Positions 9,215 to 20,300 of a DNA stretch of 64,000 nt are shown in pieces. Both the position numbers and the translations under genes were made by a program. This DNA is from a virus. Lineage: Duplodnaviria > Caudoviricetes. The notes below the pieces were generated by a model. It saw only the letters and a program-made list of their open reading frames with translations. It searched no databases and was not told where the DNA came from. Position 1 is the stretch's first letter, and each line of letters opens with the position of its first letter. Location of the stretch: the IMG/VR virus record IMGVR_UViG_3300025000_000057. One strand, 5' to 3'.

Positions 9215-11692
9215 TTATAGAGGTAAGCTCTTGACGTTTTCAATAACAACCTGCTCTGGAGGTGTAATATCTCCAACTTCCGCAATGATAGTCGTTGGCA
9301 TAGAATGCTTACCAGAGGTATCTACTGTAAAGATACTATAGGCGTATATTGTTAAGTCTTCGAGTCCCATATCGTTATAAACGATACTATCTTCGATAAT
9401 CTCAGCTGCTGTAATTGCATCAGGATTATCGAAGGATGGAAATACATTATCATTTTCGTATACCTTACGTCGTATTACGATTTTACTAACTCCGCAGTGA
9501 ACGGTTACCGGGCCTACAGCTGCGCCTGGTAGAGATTCTTGCCCAGCAGAGTTAACGAGTTTTACTCTATATTGTGAAGATTGAGCAAGTCTATCTAACG
9601 TGACAGCATTCCAACGAAGCTGTACATTAATGAGACCTTGACCGTCTAAAGATGTTACATCAACATCAAGATTGCTAACAGGTTCTGGATTTAAATTACC
9701 AGGCTCGTCAGTAAAGACTCGTTGGTTATTGTATTTTACAAGTCCCCAGTCTCCATTATCATCCAGTTTCTCAAGTTTATACGGAGTTTCGGGATGTAGT
9801 TGCATAATCCGTCCAGCTACCTCATCGGAAGGAACTGATTCATTACCACTCTTATCAAAGGCTATCCAGGAGAAATAGTAATCAGTACCCATGTCCGGTG
9901 GCTCGTCAAACTTCACAATCAATTGACCGGTTATTCCATTAGATTCGATGGTAGTATTAATAGGTGGTAATAGTTGTGAATCATCTATAGGTTCCGGGCC
10001 ATAATAAATAACTCCGGGTTGTAAAACGGAGCAATCTAAAGCATTCACTCCGTCGAAAGTATAACTAGCTTTGACAATATCTCTTTCTCCGGCTGTAATA
10101 GTAAATATTCCATTCTTTAAATCTATTTCAAAATCGGTTACGTCCACGTCATTTACCTTAACAGCAATAGCTCTATCACTTAAAATATTACCATGCAGTG
10201 AATACCATTTGTTATCTCTATAGATAAGTTTTTCATTTGTGATAGTAATGGGGTTTATATTCTCTGGTTGCAAAACTTCCATTACCTTGATAGGAAATGC
10301 ATTAAACTTACTGCGGCGCATTATTCGATACCCTTTAACATCGACATCGGTACATCTATCGATTGTTAATTTAAAGGAGCCGGCCTTTACCACGTTAATA
10401 TGAATTACCTTGGATAATCCATTGTAAACAACTGTAATATTAGTAGCACCAACAACTAATCCTATAATTTGTCCACCCTCGATAGTAACAATACCTTCTA
10501 CAGAAGAGACCCAAGTAGCGGTATTAGTTACCTCTACAATACTTTGGTCGGAGTAGATAACAGAGGCTTTATATTGTACAGATTTATTAATATATATTAT
10601 AGATACATCGGGCGCAATGATAAGCTCTACGGGTATGGCAGGGGTAACTACAATAGGTATAGTTCCGGAAACGTTATTGTAAGTAGCAGTTATCGTAGCG
10701 TTACCGGTTGCTACACCTTTTACAACTCCTGTATTAGATATAGTAGTAATAGAAACGCTACTTGAATTATATAAAGCCTCTCGTGTAATATCAGAGATAC
10801 GTCCATCTGAATACTTACATCTTACGACTAGTTGAGCAAATGTACCAGCTACGATAGTGGATTTGTCGATTGTAACTGTAACTTCATCTATTATGGCTGG
10901 CGTTACTGCCATAGGTATTGTAATTTGTTTATCCTCGTAATTGACGATAATAGCTGCGGTACCTTCTCCTACAGCAGATATCAAACCTATGTTAGATACA
11001 TTTAATACAGCATAGTCTGTAGAATTATAAGTAACGAAGTTAGTAAGATTCTCTGTACTACCATCTGATTTGGTAGCTGTTATTATTAATTGTCGTTGAT
11101 GACCGATAGGCAAGGTAGTCGCTCCAGCATCACTTGCAATGGAGTCGATTACAGGATCGAGAACTATTACGGTAATAACCGCCGTTAAAGAATTGTAAGA
11201 TACTGTTACGGTCGCGCTACCTACCTTTGCAAGGGTAATTCTATTCCCGGATATAGTAGCTATTTCAGGATCGTTAATACTAAGTGTAGCCAGGGTGGTT
11301 ATATCAACAACCGTACCATCAGACATATTGGCAGTAACCGTAACGAGTTCGGTACGTCCTTTTGGTAATTCTATTTCTTGTACCGAGGTGCTAATAGAAT
11401 CCATGATAGCCTCGGTTACCTCTACAGGAACCTCCCTAGTAAGTCCGCTATTAGATACTGTAATGAAGGTCGAACCAACAGAAAGACCCTGTACTAAGCC
11501 CGTAACGGACACGATCGCTATAGCAATATTTGAACTACTATATACAGAAGTCTCTGTAGCTTCACTTAATGTACCATCATCCATTTCTAACATTACAGAT
11601 ATCTGCTCGGTCTTACCCGCAGGTACACTGATACCTACAGGTTCGACTAGAATATTACCGGGTGCGATTGCTATTTTAAATTCATCAGACAC
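9215..11692 (-). CDS. Ig-like (Big_2 x5) and FN3-like domain virion protein (825 aa)
   Basis: GTG start with AGGAGG RBS. Five tandem repeats of the type YSSSNIAIAIVSVTGLVQGLSVGSTFITV, plus C-terminal FN3-like segments (YAYSIFTVDTSGKHS). Confidence 0.75.
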   Translation of the reverse strand: MSDEFKIAIAPGNILVEPVGISVPAGKTEQISVMLEMDDGTLSEATETSVYSSSNIAIAIVSVTGLVQGLSVGSTFITVSNSGLTREVPVEVTEAIMDSISTSVQEIELPKGRTELVTVTANMSDGTVVDITTLATLSINDPEIATISGNRITLAKVGSATVTVSYNSLTAVITVIVLDPVIDSIASDAGATTLPIGHQRQLIITATKSDGSTENLTNFVTYNSTDYAVLNVSNIGLISAVGEGTAAIIVNYEDKQITIPMAVTPAIIDEVTVTIDKSTIVAGTFAQLVVRCKYSDGRISDITREALYNSSSVSITTISNTGVVKGVATGNATITATYNNVSGTIPIVVTPAIPVELIIAPDVSIIYINKSVQYKASVIYSDQSIVEVTNTATWVSSVEGIVTIEGGQIIGLVVGATNITVVYNGLSKVIHINVVKAGSFKLTIDRCTDVDVKGYRIMRRSKFNAFPIKVMEVLQPENINPITITNEKLIYRDNKWYSLHGNILSDRAIAVKVNDVDVTDFEIDLKNGIFTITAGERDIVKASYTFDGVNALDCSVLQPGVIYYGPEPIDDSQLLPPINTTIESNGITGQLIVKFDEPPDMGTDYYFSWIAFDKSGNESVPSDEVAGRIMQLHPETPYKLEKLDDNGDWGLVKYNNQRVFTDEPGNLNPEPVSNLDVDVTSLDGQGLINVQLRWNAVTLDRLAQSSQYRVKLVNSAGQESLPGAAVGPVTVHCGVSKIVIRRKVYENDNVFPSFDNPDAITAAEIIEDSIVYNDMGLEDLTIYAYSIFTVDTSGKHSMPTTIIAEVGDITPPEQVVIENVKSLPL
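11616..11641 (-). repeat. 10-bp hairpin (two G-U pairs) near the 5' end of a CDS
   Basis: CCUGUAGGUA-UCAGUG-UACCUGCGGG; nt 52-77 of gene 9215-11692. Confidence 0.7.
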
Positions 11693-11704
11693 AGCTTTAC
11701 CTCC

Positions 11705-14380
11705 TTAGAAGTTGTTTACGATTTCTATATTCGGGTGTCCGGGTAGCGTTACCGTTTTACTAACGTTAATATTGTCTATATTTAAGTGACTGGGTTTCTC
11801 TATTACTATTGAAGATATAATTATTCTTTCGTTATCATTAACCGTAACATGTAATGGTTTAACGACTCCGGTTAACTCATCACTTAATATAATATTCGGA
11901 TGTGTGGGTTTCTCTAAAATGATCTCTTGACGATCGACATATTCGATAATCGGTAATGTTCCCCAGGCTATATACTTATGAACAACGGTTTCAACATTCT
12001 CTTCTGATAACTTTCCACCATATTTCTTAAGTACCTGTTTGGGCACTCTAATTACCCCTATACCTGATTCCATATAAGGTTGTCCATCTAGTCGACCAAT
12101 ATCCCAGTAATACTCAGACGCAGGTTCTATCTCAAGAGCCTTATCTATAAGTTCAGGTTTGATACCGCCTCCTCTTGTTCTAGTATCTACGATAGATAAT
12201 CCTTTACTAGTAAGGTGAGGTCTTATACTAATCATGCCTATAAGAGTCGCTGTAGGTACATTAAGTGGTTCGAAACTATGCAACAAACTATTTGGATTGT
12301 AGCTTCCCGGAATTAACTGATCATTTTCATCGAGCCGGCCGGCCGGATTAAGATAAATATATATAGTCTTGTTAAGTAATTTGAAAGTTTCTATGGTTTT
12401 GTATTTATTATCAACCCCTACAATACTACAGGTATGACCAACACCCGGATTCAAATCCAGGAACCAATAATTATTGTGTTCATCGGTAAAACCCTTATAA
12501 GTAAGACAAGTTTCCTTATAGTAATAGAAGGCTTCAACCTGATCTGTCTCCATAATAATACTCTCTAATTCGATAATACCACGTTCCGGGTCTATATCGA
12601 TAATACCAACAGACTTATCATTAATCTTTATCACTACAGGAGCGAGCTCATTAATAAGTATTGGAATCTTTTTTACTTTGATAGTGTACTTATTTTCTAT
12701 GATGGGTCTTTCATGGTCTACTTTGGCGTAAGGTTTACCAAACCCTGAATAAGGTTGTCGCTCATATTCCGGCAAGAAGTAAACGTAAGTATTCCGGTTC
12801 TCATCTATATCAAAGATAGTCCTTTTAAACATACCTCGTTGGATACGAACGTACCAACTCTCAAAAGGCCCTTCTTCTAGCGGTGGTAATAGTTTAATAC
12901 GCTGACAATCAATAGACTTAACAGCATATGTGGATGCGTAATAATGATAATTAGCTCTCGATACTGCGTATAGAATGATATTGTTATTGATAGTTTGATA
13001 CGAGAAATGAATATTACCATTGTCTCCAAATATCAATCTACCACCCGAGTCTGCTACAAACATATCTACCATAGGTATTGTCTTATCCGGGTTAGCCAGG
13101 TATTTAACGTTTACAGAGCATGTGTTTAGTTCTGTTTCGGTAAGATTTAAGAAACCAAAGATATTCTTAAAATTGGTCACCTCTATTTGACCGAGAGACT
13201 TTTTAATATTTATAGTAAATGACCTTTGTCGGTACACCAGATCGTTATAAACAAGTTCGACAATGAAAGAACATTCCTGCTCCTTATCTTCTACGAAAGT
13301 ATTGTATTCACCAGTTATATTTACCTTACCGGTATCCTGAGTAGTAGTTGCGTATAAGGGCCCTAATCCATCCGGTCTTGTCTTAACCCTTACTTCTGGA
13401 TTATCACATATAGCAGTATAAGTATAAATAGCACTTTCAAGATCTCTATACGCGCTCGGTACGTACGGATTTATCAAATCTTTTGCAGCTCTACTGGTAA
13501 TTATCTTATCGTTGCGATTATATTCAGTCAGTTCTCCGGGTAATAACGACTTCTTATTTAACACTTCTGCGTAATAAGAAGGTGTAAAGAACACCTTTGT
13601 CTCTGCGTTTACCTGAACCTCAAGACGGATACTATAATGAAACTGTTGAGGTTTTCGTACTTCTTTGATTATTTCGTTTGGTACATATACTCTACTGGTA
13701 TTAAACTCGTCGCCATTTGTCCTGCAATAAACTCTATCCCAGGGAGATGCGCTCATAACTTCGTCAATACTCATTTGCTCGAATATACGAGTTTGCTTAC
13801 ATAATTCTTTATACCCGGTATAAGTTGCTTTGGTATTATCAATTCGAAGATCAATAGCATCGTACCTAACATATACCTTTTCTTCTGTCTCAAGATATAC
13901 ATCTGCATAGTAAAGGTTACGTTTATTAGATACCGGTAGAATCTTTACAAGCCACTTAGTACTAAGTGGAAAATCGTATTTATTAATTAACTGAATAGAA
14001 CTACCCGTGTAGAATCCTGCATTATCAGGTGGCTTTTGACTGTATATATAATACTTGAGCCTATGCTTATAAAATAAAGGTATCCCATCTTTAAATATAT
14101 CAGTGATTAGAATATCCTGCCCGGGAATAATATTCTTTCCTGCAAGATTGCACAACGTACTTGTTTTGTCTGGCCACATGATTATAGGATTTAGATTGTC
14201 AATATTCCCGGTGCCAGGTTCGTCTATATCAACTATCTTAATATTCTTACTTACAGAAGGGAGTGGCGCATAAGCATAAGCGAGGTTAACCGCGCCGGCC
14301 GGTACCGAAGTACCGGCTCGAATGCGTGGTATTTTAGTACCTTCGACGTATTTCTCATGTTCCTTAGTCTGCCAGTACAT
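11705..14380 (-). CDS. Baseplate structural protein (891 aa)
   Basis: ORF with AGGAGG RBS. C-terminal block DTRTRGGG...YWDIGRLDGQPY...KYIAWGTLPIIEY resembles large-myophage baseplate proteins (recognised by eye). Confidence 0.55.
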   Translation of the reverse strand: MYWQTKEHEKYVEGTKIPRIRAGTSVPAGAVNLAYAYAPLPSVSKNIKIVDIDEPGTGNIDNLNPIIMWPDKTSTLCNLAGKNIIPGQDILITDIFKDGIPLFYKHRLKYYIYSQKPPDNAGFYTGSSIQLINKYDFPLSTKWLVKILPVSNKRNLYYADVYLETEEKVYVRYDAIDLRIDNTKATYTGYKELCKQTRIFEQMSIDEVMSASPWDRVYCRTNGDEFNTSRVYVPNEIIKEVRKPQQFHYSIRLEVQVNAETKVFFTPSYYAEVLNKKSLLPGELTEYNRNDKIITSRAAKDLINPYVPSAYRDLESAIYTYTAICDNPEVRVKTRPDGLGPLYATTTQDTGKVNITGEYNTFVEDKEQECSFIVELVYNDLVYRQRSFTINIKKSLGQIEVTNFKNIFGFLNLTETELNTCSVNVKYLANPDKTIPMVDMFVADSGGRLIFGDNGNIHFSYQTINNNIILYAVSRANYHYYASTYAVKSIDCQRIKLLPPLEEGPFESWYVRIQRGMFKRTIFDIDENRNTYVYFLPEYERQPYSGFGKPYAKVDHERPIIENKYTIKVKKIPILINELAPVVIKINDKSVGIIDIDPERGIIELESIIMETDQVEAFYYYKETCLTYKGFTDEHNNYWFLDLNPGVGHTCSIVGVDNKYKTIETFKLLNKTIYIYLNPAGRLDENDQLIPGSYNPNSLLHSFEPLNVPTATLIGMISIRPHLTSKGLSIVDTRTRGGGIKPELIDKALEIEPASEYYWDIGRLDGQPYMESGIGVIRVPKQVLKKYGGKLSEENVETVVHKYIAWGTLPIIEYVDRQEIILEKPTHPNIILSDELTGVVKPLHVTVNDNERIIISSIVIEKPSHLNIDNINVSKTVTLPGHPNIEIVNNF
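14298..14317 (-). repeat. 8-bp GC-rich hairpin with cUUCGg tetraloop near the 5' end of a CDS
   Basis: GCCGGUAC-UUCG-GUACCGGC; nt 64-83 of gene 11705-14380. Confidence 0.85.
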
Positions 14381-14391
14381 TATATACCTCC

Positions 14392-17300
14392 TTAAACTAC
14401 GTACATCACAAAGGATGTAATAAGATTATCTTTAATTGCTTTTATTAGTAACTTCTTATTCTTATTCGGTATAGTTTCGTAAGGTATCTCTACACCTACC
14501 TTACCACTAACTAACTGATATATGTGTATCTTATTACCTATGACAACTTTAATATCGCCATTTAACGGTTGATAATTACCATCAGTTCCTGTAATGGTTA
14601 GTGTAGCAACTCCACTACTTAAAATAGATGGCCCAGTAATTATCAACTTACCAGTGATAGCTTCCGGAGAAAGCTTTACGACTTTAGAAGTTTCTACTCC
14701 TGTAGCATGAGCCTTTATTACTATTTGCTTAGCTTGGGTTATAACCTTTGATGGTACGATGTACTTAGCAATTGCTACTCCGTTAAAGTTTGTTTCTGTA
14801 TTAGCCGGTGTAACAACACCATCGGTACTTGTAAATGATACGGGTTCGTGAGGTATTGGATTTCCAAACTCGTCACGAACTATGGCAAATATACTTGCCT
14901 GGTCTATACCATTACCCAGGAGAGTATCTGGCGAAACATGTATATCTATCGTAGTAGGTACCGGTATCCTATCGCTGATAAATAAGAATCTACCTTCTTC
15001 TATGCTCATAATAGGATTTAAGTTTACTTCTTCGGCCTTATAGTACGATGACCAGTTATTAGTCTCGTAATATACCTTGATTTTACGGTCTAGACCTAAC
15101 ACGGGATCGTAAACTTTTATCTTAATCAGGTCGTTTTCGGGTTTGTAGTTATAATCGACATAGAAACTACCCGTTAAACAATACCGAACCCGGATTTTTG
15201 TATTTTCACTTACCTTGTACGCCAGCCATATTATACTGTCGTATAATATTACATCTTCGATATCGACCGACTCCCACTTATCAAAGCCAGTCCAATCTAT
15301 GGCAATATCTAGACTATTAGGATCTATACCCATGTGAGCTAGATCGACCCTATTAGTACCATCACCGATTATAATTTCAGTATTTATAAGGGTAGGCTTA
15401 CCGTCACTATCGGTAAAGAACACTTGGCGTAACGGTTCTTCTCTATTATCGTAGACTACAATAGGAGCCCCTTGTCTAGGTACAGGATATACCTCGATTT
15501 CGTTAGCCGTATCTAAAACAAAGTTATCAGTTATCGTTACATCAATCTTCCTAACTTCTTTGATAGCAGCGTGTACAGATGTTGTACCATTGCTATCATA
15601 TCTAAATTCGACTCCGACTGGGCCAAAGACTCTGTATCTACGGACATTTTCGTACTCAGCTTCATTTAGATAGATATACTCATCCACCATTTGCTTTAAG
15701 GTTTTACCCTCTGTTATATCATAGAACAAACCATCTGTTTTTAAAGCAGCTGATTTATTAATCTTAACATCTGTCGGATAAATACCTTGAGGTCTGGATA
15801 ACTCGATCCGTACACTACCGATATAGGGTGGGAAGATATCTTCCATAGTAGCTACAGCACCTAGTACTATCCGTTCAATAACAGGAGCTTGTCTTCCATC
15901 TCCTTTCCTGGCTACAACCTTCCACTTAATATATGGTTCTTGAGTGGATTTGATAAACCCTGTTACATCGTCTACCAGTACCCATTCATTCCATGGGCCC
16001 ATAATACTCGAACTTGTTGAGGTATTTAATTCGAGTATAGAGCCTTCGGGCACCCATCCATCGATCCATAGTATATCCCACTTATGAATAAACTTTGATA
16101 AGCTCTCAGACGATATTGGGTTAGATATTAGTACCATATCTGATAGTAAATCTTGTGCAGTGATATAACCCTCATCGTTAATTACAACATTATGGCACTC
16201 TATATCTGAAAGCATATTTCCGTCCCAGGCAAACTCTGTATTGTTTGGTACCTGGATAGTACCTTGCTGCATAATGAGCCTATATTGAATTTCTGTACCC
16301 ATTGGTACCAATGGTTTTGTACCATTAGCGATTAAATACCAATTACTAATTTCACCATTAACCTTAAACCTAACTTCTGTGTTAAGGCTACCTTGTGGAA
16401 TATAACCTTTAGCTTCGAAGTATTTCCATTCTTGAATACCACTACTTACCGATATCCAATCGGACGTGAAGATACCTGCTTGCCACCCGGTATTAGATTG
16501 ATTCAAGGTTAGGGATTTATTCTCGTTATTTATAATAACTCCGCCAGTCGTAACTCCTGCAGCAAAGTTCTCTACTACGTGTCCTATAACTTGACTGTCA
16601 GCATTTTGCTCTGCATCTGTTTCAAATATAATTTCCAGTTTGATACTCTCAGTATCAAACTCTTTAATAACAATAGGTTTAGCCTCGGGTCTTGTATCTA
16701 CAAATAGATAATATTCATCACTACCAAGATAATAGTAACCCGACTTAATTAACGGATTCCATCTACCTAATTCAGGTATTATTGTTTTCAAGTTAAGGTA
16801 GTAAGTACGCCAGCCGGGTTCTGATTCATCAATATGATCTATCTCGAATTCGATATTCGGGTCGTCCGTATTTAAATTAATATCAAAGTCTTCGCCAGGG
16901 TAACTGGGAATACGAATTCTAATCAATCCGTTTTCCCACGATATATCGGTACCTCCTGGTAGGTTCTGTCCGCCCGGCGATATCCATGGTTTAACGGGTG
17001 CGTATATAGAACCGGGCGCTACCGGTGTCGTATAGTAACCGCCAGAATAACTTCCGCCGCCAGGGTAACCTCCAGGATAAGCCCCGGGATAATTACCAGG
17101 GTAACCTCCTGGATAACCTATCCCTCCTGGATAGCTACCGGTACCGCCGCCTATAGCACCTCCTGGATAACTACCCCCAATAGAACCGCCTATACTACCT
17201 CCGCCAATTCCATAACTGTCAAAACCGGCCGCACAACCGCAACAATACATATTCTCTTTAGTTCTCTTTAAGATTTGTTCTACCCATGATTTTTCATAGC

Positions 17301-20300
17301 CATCTGGTTTTAACTCGATATGGTAATATTTAATAGTAAAAGATTCTCCATTTACAGGTACCGTGTTGTAGTTATTATAATTATTCCAGAAGAATTCAAG
17401 ATTGATATCTGGTAATACGATGTCAGGAAACATAACACCGTATTTTACATTAAACCAATTATTCAATGGTTCTGGTGCATTACATACACCTTCAAATGGT
17501 ACCCAACCACTTCCGTTTTGATTAAATGGTTCTAATCCATTTATCCTTGCAACTTTAACATCTGATTTCAATATTCCTGTTTCAATTCTTGAGACTTCCT
17601 CTACATGGGCGATTATACTTTCAGTAGGTAGTACCCGTCGGTAAGCACTGCTTAACGGTACATTCGGGTTACTTATACTAGTAAACGCGATCCCCCCATA
17701 AGAAGACGCAACCGCGACGCTATACTCAACATTTACATCTAAACTCCATGGTATAGTAACCTGGTCTTTAACTACGTACTCTACTTCTATAGGTTCACTA
17801 GAAGCTAAATTAATCTCATTAGTAACGGCACCTGGTAAGTTTCTAAACCATATAGATGCTATAACACCGGTAAATAATGTACTTAAGTCAACCTGATTAT
17901 CGGCCGCCCAGGATAATAAACCTAATCCATTACTATCTTGTATATGAGCACTCCATTTAACTACCTCTTCTCCGCTATATACCTCTCCTGTACTATTCAC
18001 AAGACTTATACCATTACTGGTAAAGACATGCACAATACCGTCTTCATCTCGTTTAGCTTTACATTCTACACCGGTAGCTTGTCCGGTATATGTGCCGATA
18101 CCATCGTACCATATCTCAAGTGGACTAGAATTATTAGGATCCCAGATACCTTCAGGATCTGGAACTGGCTGAATAGTATCGAACTTTAATTTCCTTCTTC
18201 CCCACTCTGTACTTCCTATTGCGATAGTGTAGCTGAGCGGTTTCGCAAAGGGATAATATATAGGAGAATTATTATACCAGTCTATAAACAATTCAGTTAA
18301 GGTATTAATACTTACATTCAATGGATTGTCACTTGTACTATCCGGTGTAATAATAATATCCTTATCCAGGATTACTGGGTAAGTATGTTGATAATTACTG
18401 ACAAACGTTTCGTGAGTTGTCCATACAGTAACCCGTTCAGTTTCATCTAATTTCCAGAATACGTCAACCGGCATTCTTGGTGTAAGGGTAACATCTACTA
18501 ACTCTAATGGTGAGATATTAAAATTAGGGTAACTTGCCTTTAATGCCGCAAGAGCCTTTTCATTTATATGTCTACGTAATGAATGTCCTGTAATCTTGTG
18601 CAGCTGATTACACTTCGTAATCTCGGAATAGAATGGGCCTACGTTTACGTTATACGTAGTAATACCATCACTACCGATCATATCAACGCTCCATGCAAAT
18701 CTATATGGTACGTGACAACTATCTTTTTGTCCTGTGGTATAAGCCCATACGTAATCTTCATCCATAAAAACAACTACCATATCGTTATTTATACCATGAC
18801 CATCTACCTTGATATTAGTAACAGTGTTTTGATCGATATCTGGAAATTCATTTGCAATGATCTCTTTAACAGTAATGCCAAATACATTAAGTGGCCCATT
18901 AATTTCACTTCCGAATAACGGGCCCACAGCAGGCCCTCGCCAATCATACACATCTGAAATAGTAGATACATAAGTTTTAACATGATGCTCTGGTACCTCG
19001 ATTATATCTCCAGACCACCAACCAAGGACATTATCACCGAAGAGACCGAAACTTAGTACGTCTTTCCGAGTCCAATTTAAGGTAACGCCTTTGACATTGA
19101 GCTTCATATACGATGGTATCGTTACTCCGACGCCGGCTGGTAAAGTAATGCTTGCTGGTACAGCAATAACTCTAACAAGTGTCGGCACAAGAGTAGTATC
19201 TACTGTAAACTCGAATGATACTTGAGTACCATTTGTACAAGTTCCGGTAATTCTAACGCTACCTCCGCTAATACAAGTAATATTACCGTATTCGTCAATA
19301 GAGATAATACCAGGTATATCACAATGCCAAACTATTTGTTCTGTAGCGTTTGCAGGATAAATATTGACATAGTTGAATAAATTAACAGATTCTGTTATGT
19401 TACAATATATAGCTTCGTATTCAGTTTCGATATTCGTTATACCAATATACGGTATACTAACAACGCAAGTATCAGTATATTCACCATCTTCGGTTGTCGC
19501 TATTATAGTACAATAACCATACCAAGCTCCAGTTACTATTCCATTATCATCAACAGTGGCTACGATTGGATTATCACTAGACCATCTGACATTCTTATTT
19601 GTAGCATTAGTAGGATATATTGTTGCAGTTAATGCTTGTGTTTCAAATCTAGATAAGGTAGCAATACCCGGTGCTACACTAATCCAGGTGACAGGAATCC
19701 TACTATCAACATTAATAAGAGAGCTATCAGTAAATCCTCCATCATCGGTTCTTACAGTAACCAGGCATTCACCTGGGCCCGTAATATTAACTTTTCCCGA
19801 AACGGCAGAATCCGGAACTACTACGTTAGAATTACTAGTCGACCATGTAATGCTTTTGTTTGTAGCATTAGAGGGCGATACGGTCGCCGTTAACATAACA
19901 GATGATTGACCAATATTGGTATCGATACGATCTGGTGTAAGAGTTATACCGGTTACATAAATAGCAGGAGTAACCGTTATGATTGACGAATCAGTAAGTC
20001 CACCATCATTAGTTCTTACAGTAATAGTACATTCACCAGGGCCTATAATATTAATTCGTCCTGATACGTTAGGATCCGGAACTGCTACATTAGAGTTACT
20101 AGTCGACCATGTAACACTTCTATCAGCAGCATTAAAAGGAAGTATTCCTAAGCTTAACGTAATATAGGATTGATTCGATACCGTATCTACGTATTCCGGA
20201 TTAATCCATACATTTGTAACATGTATTGTAGGGTCTACAATTGTTACAACTATTGAATCAGTAAGTCCTCCATCTTCTGTTGTACCTGTAATAATACATT

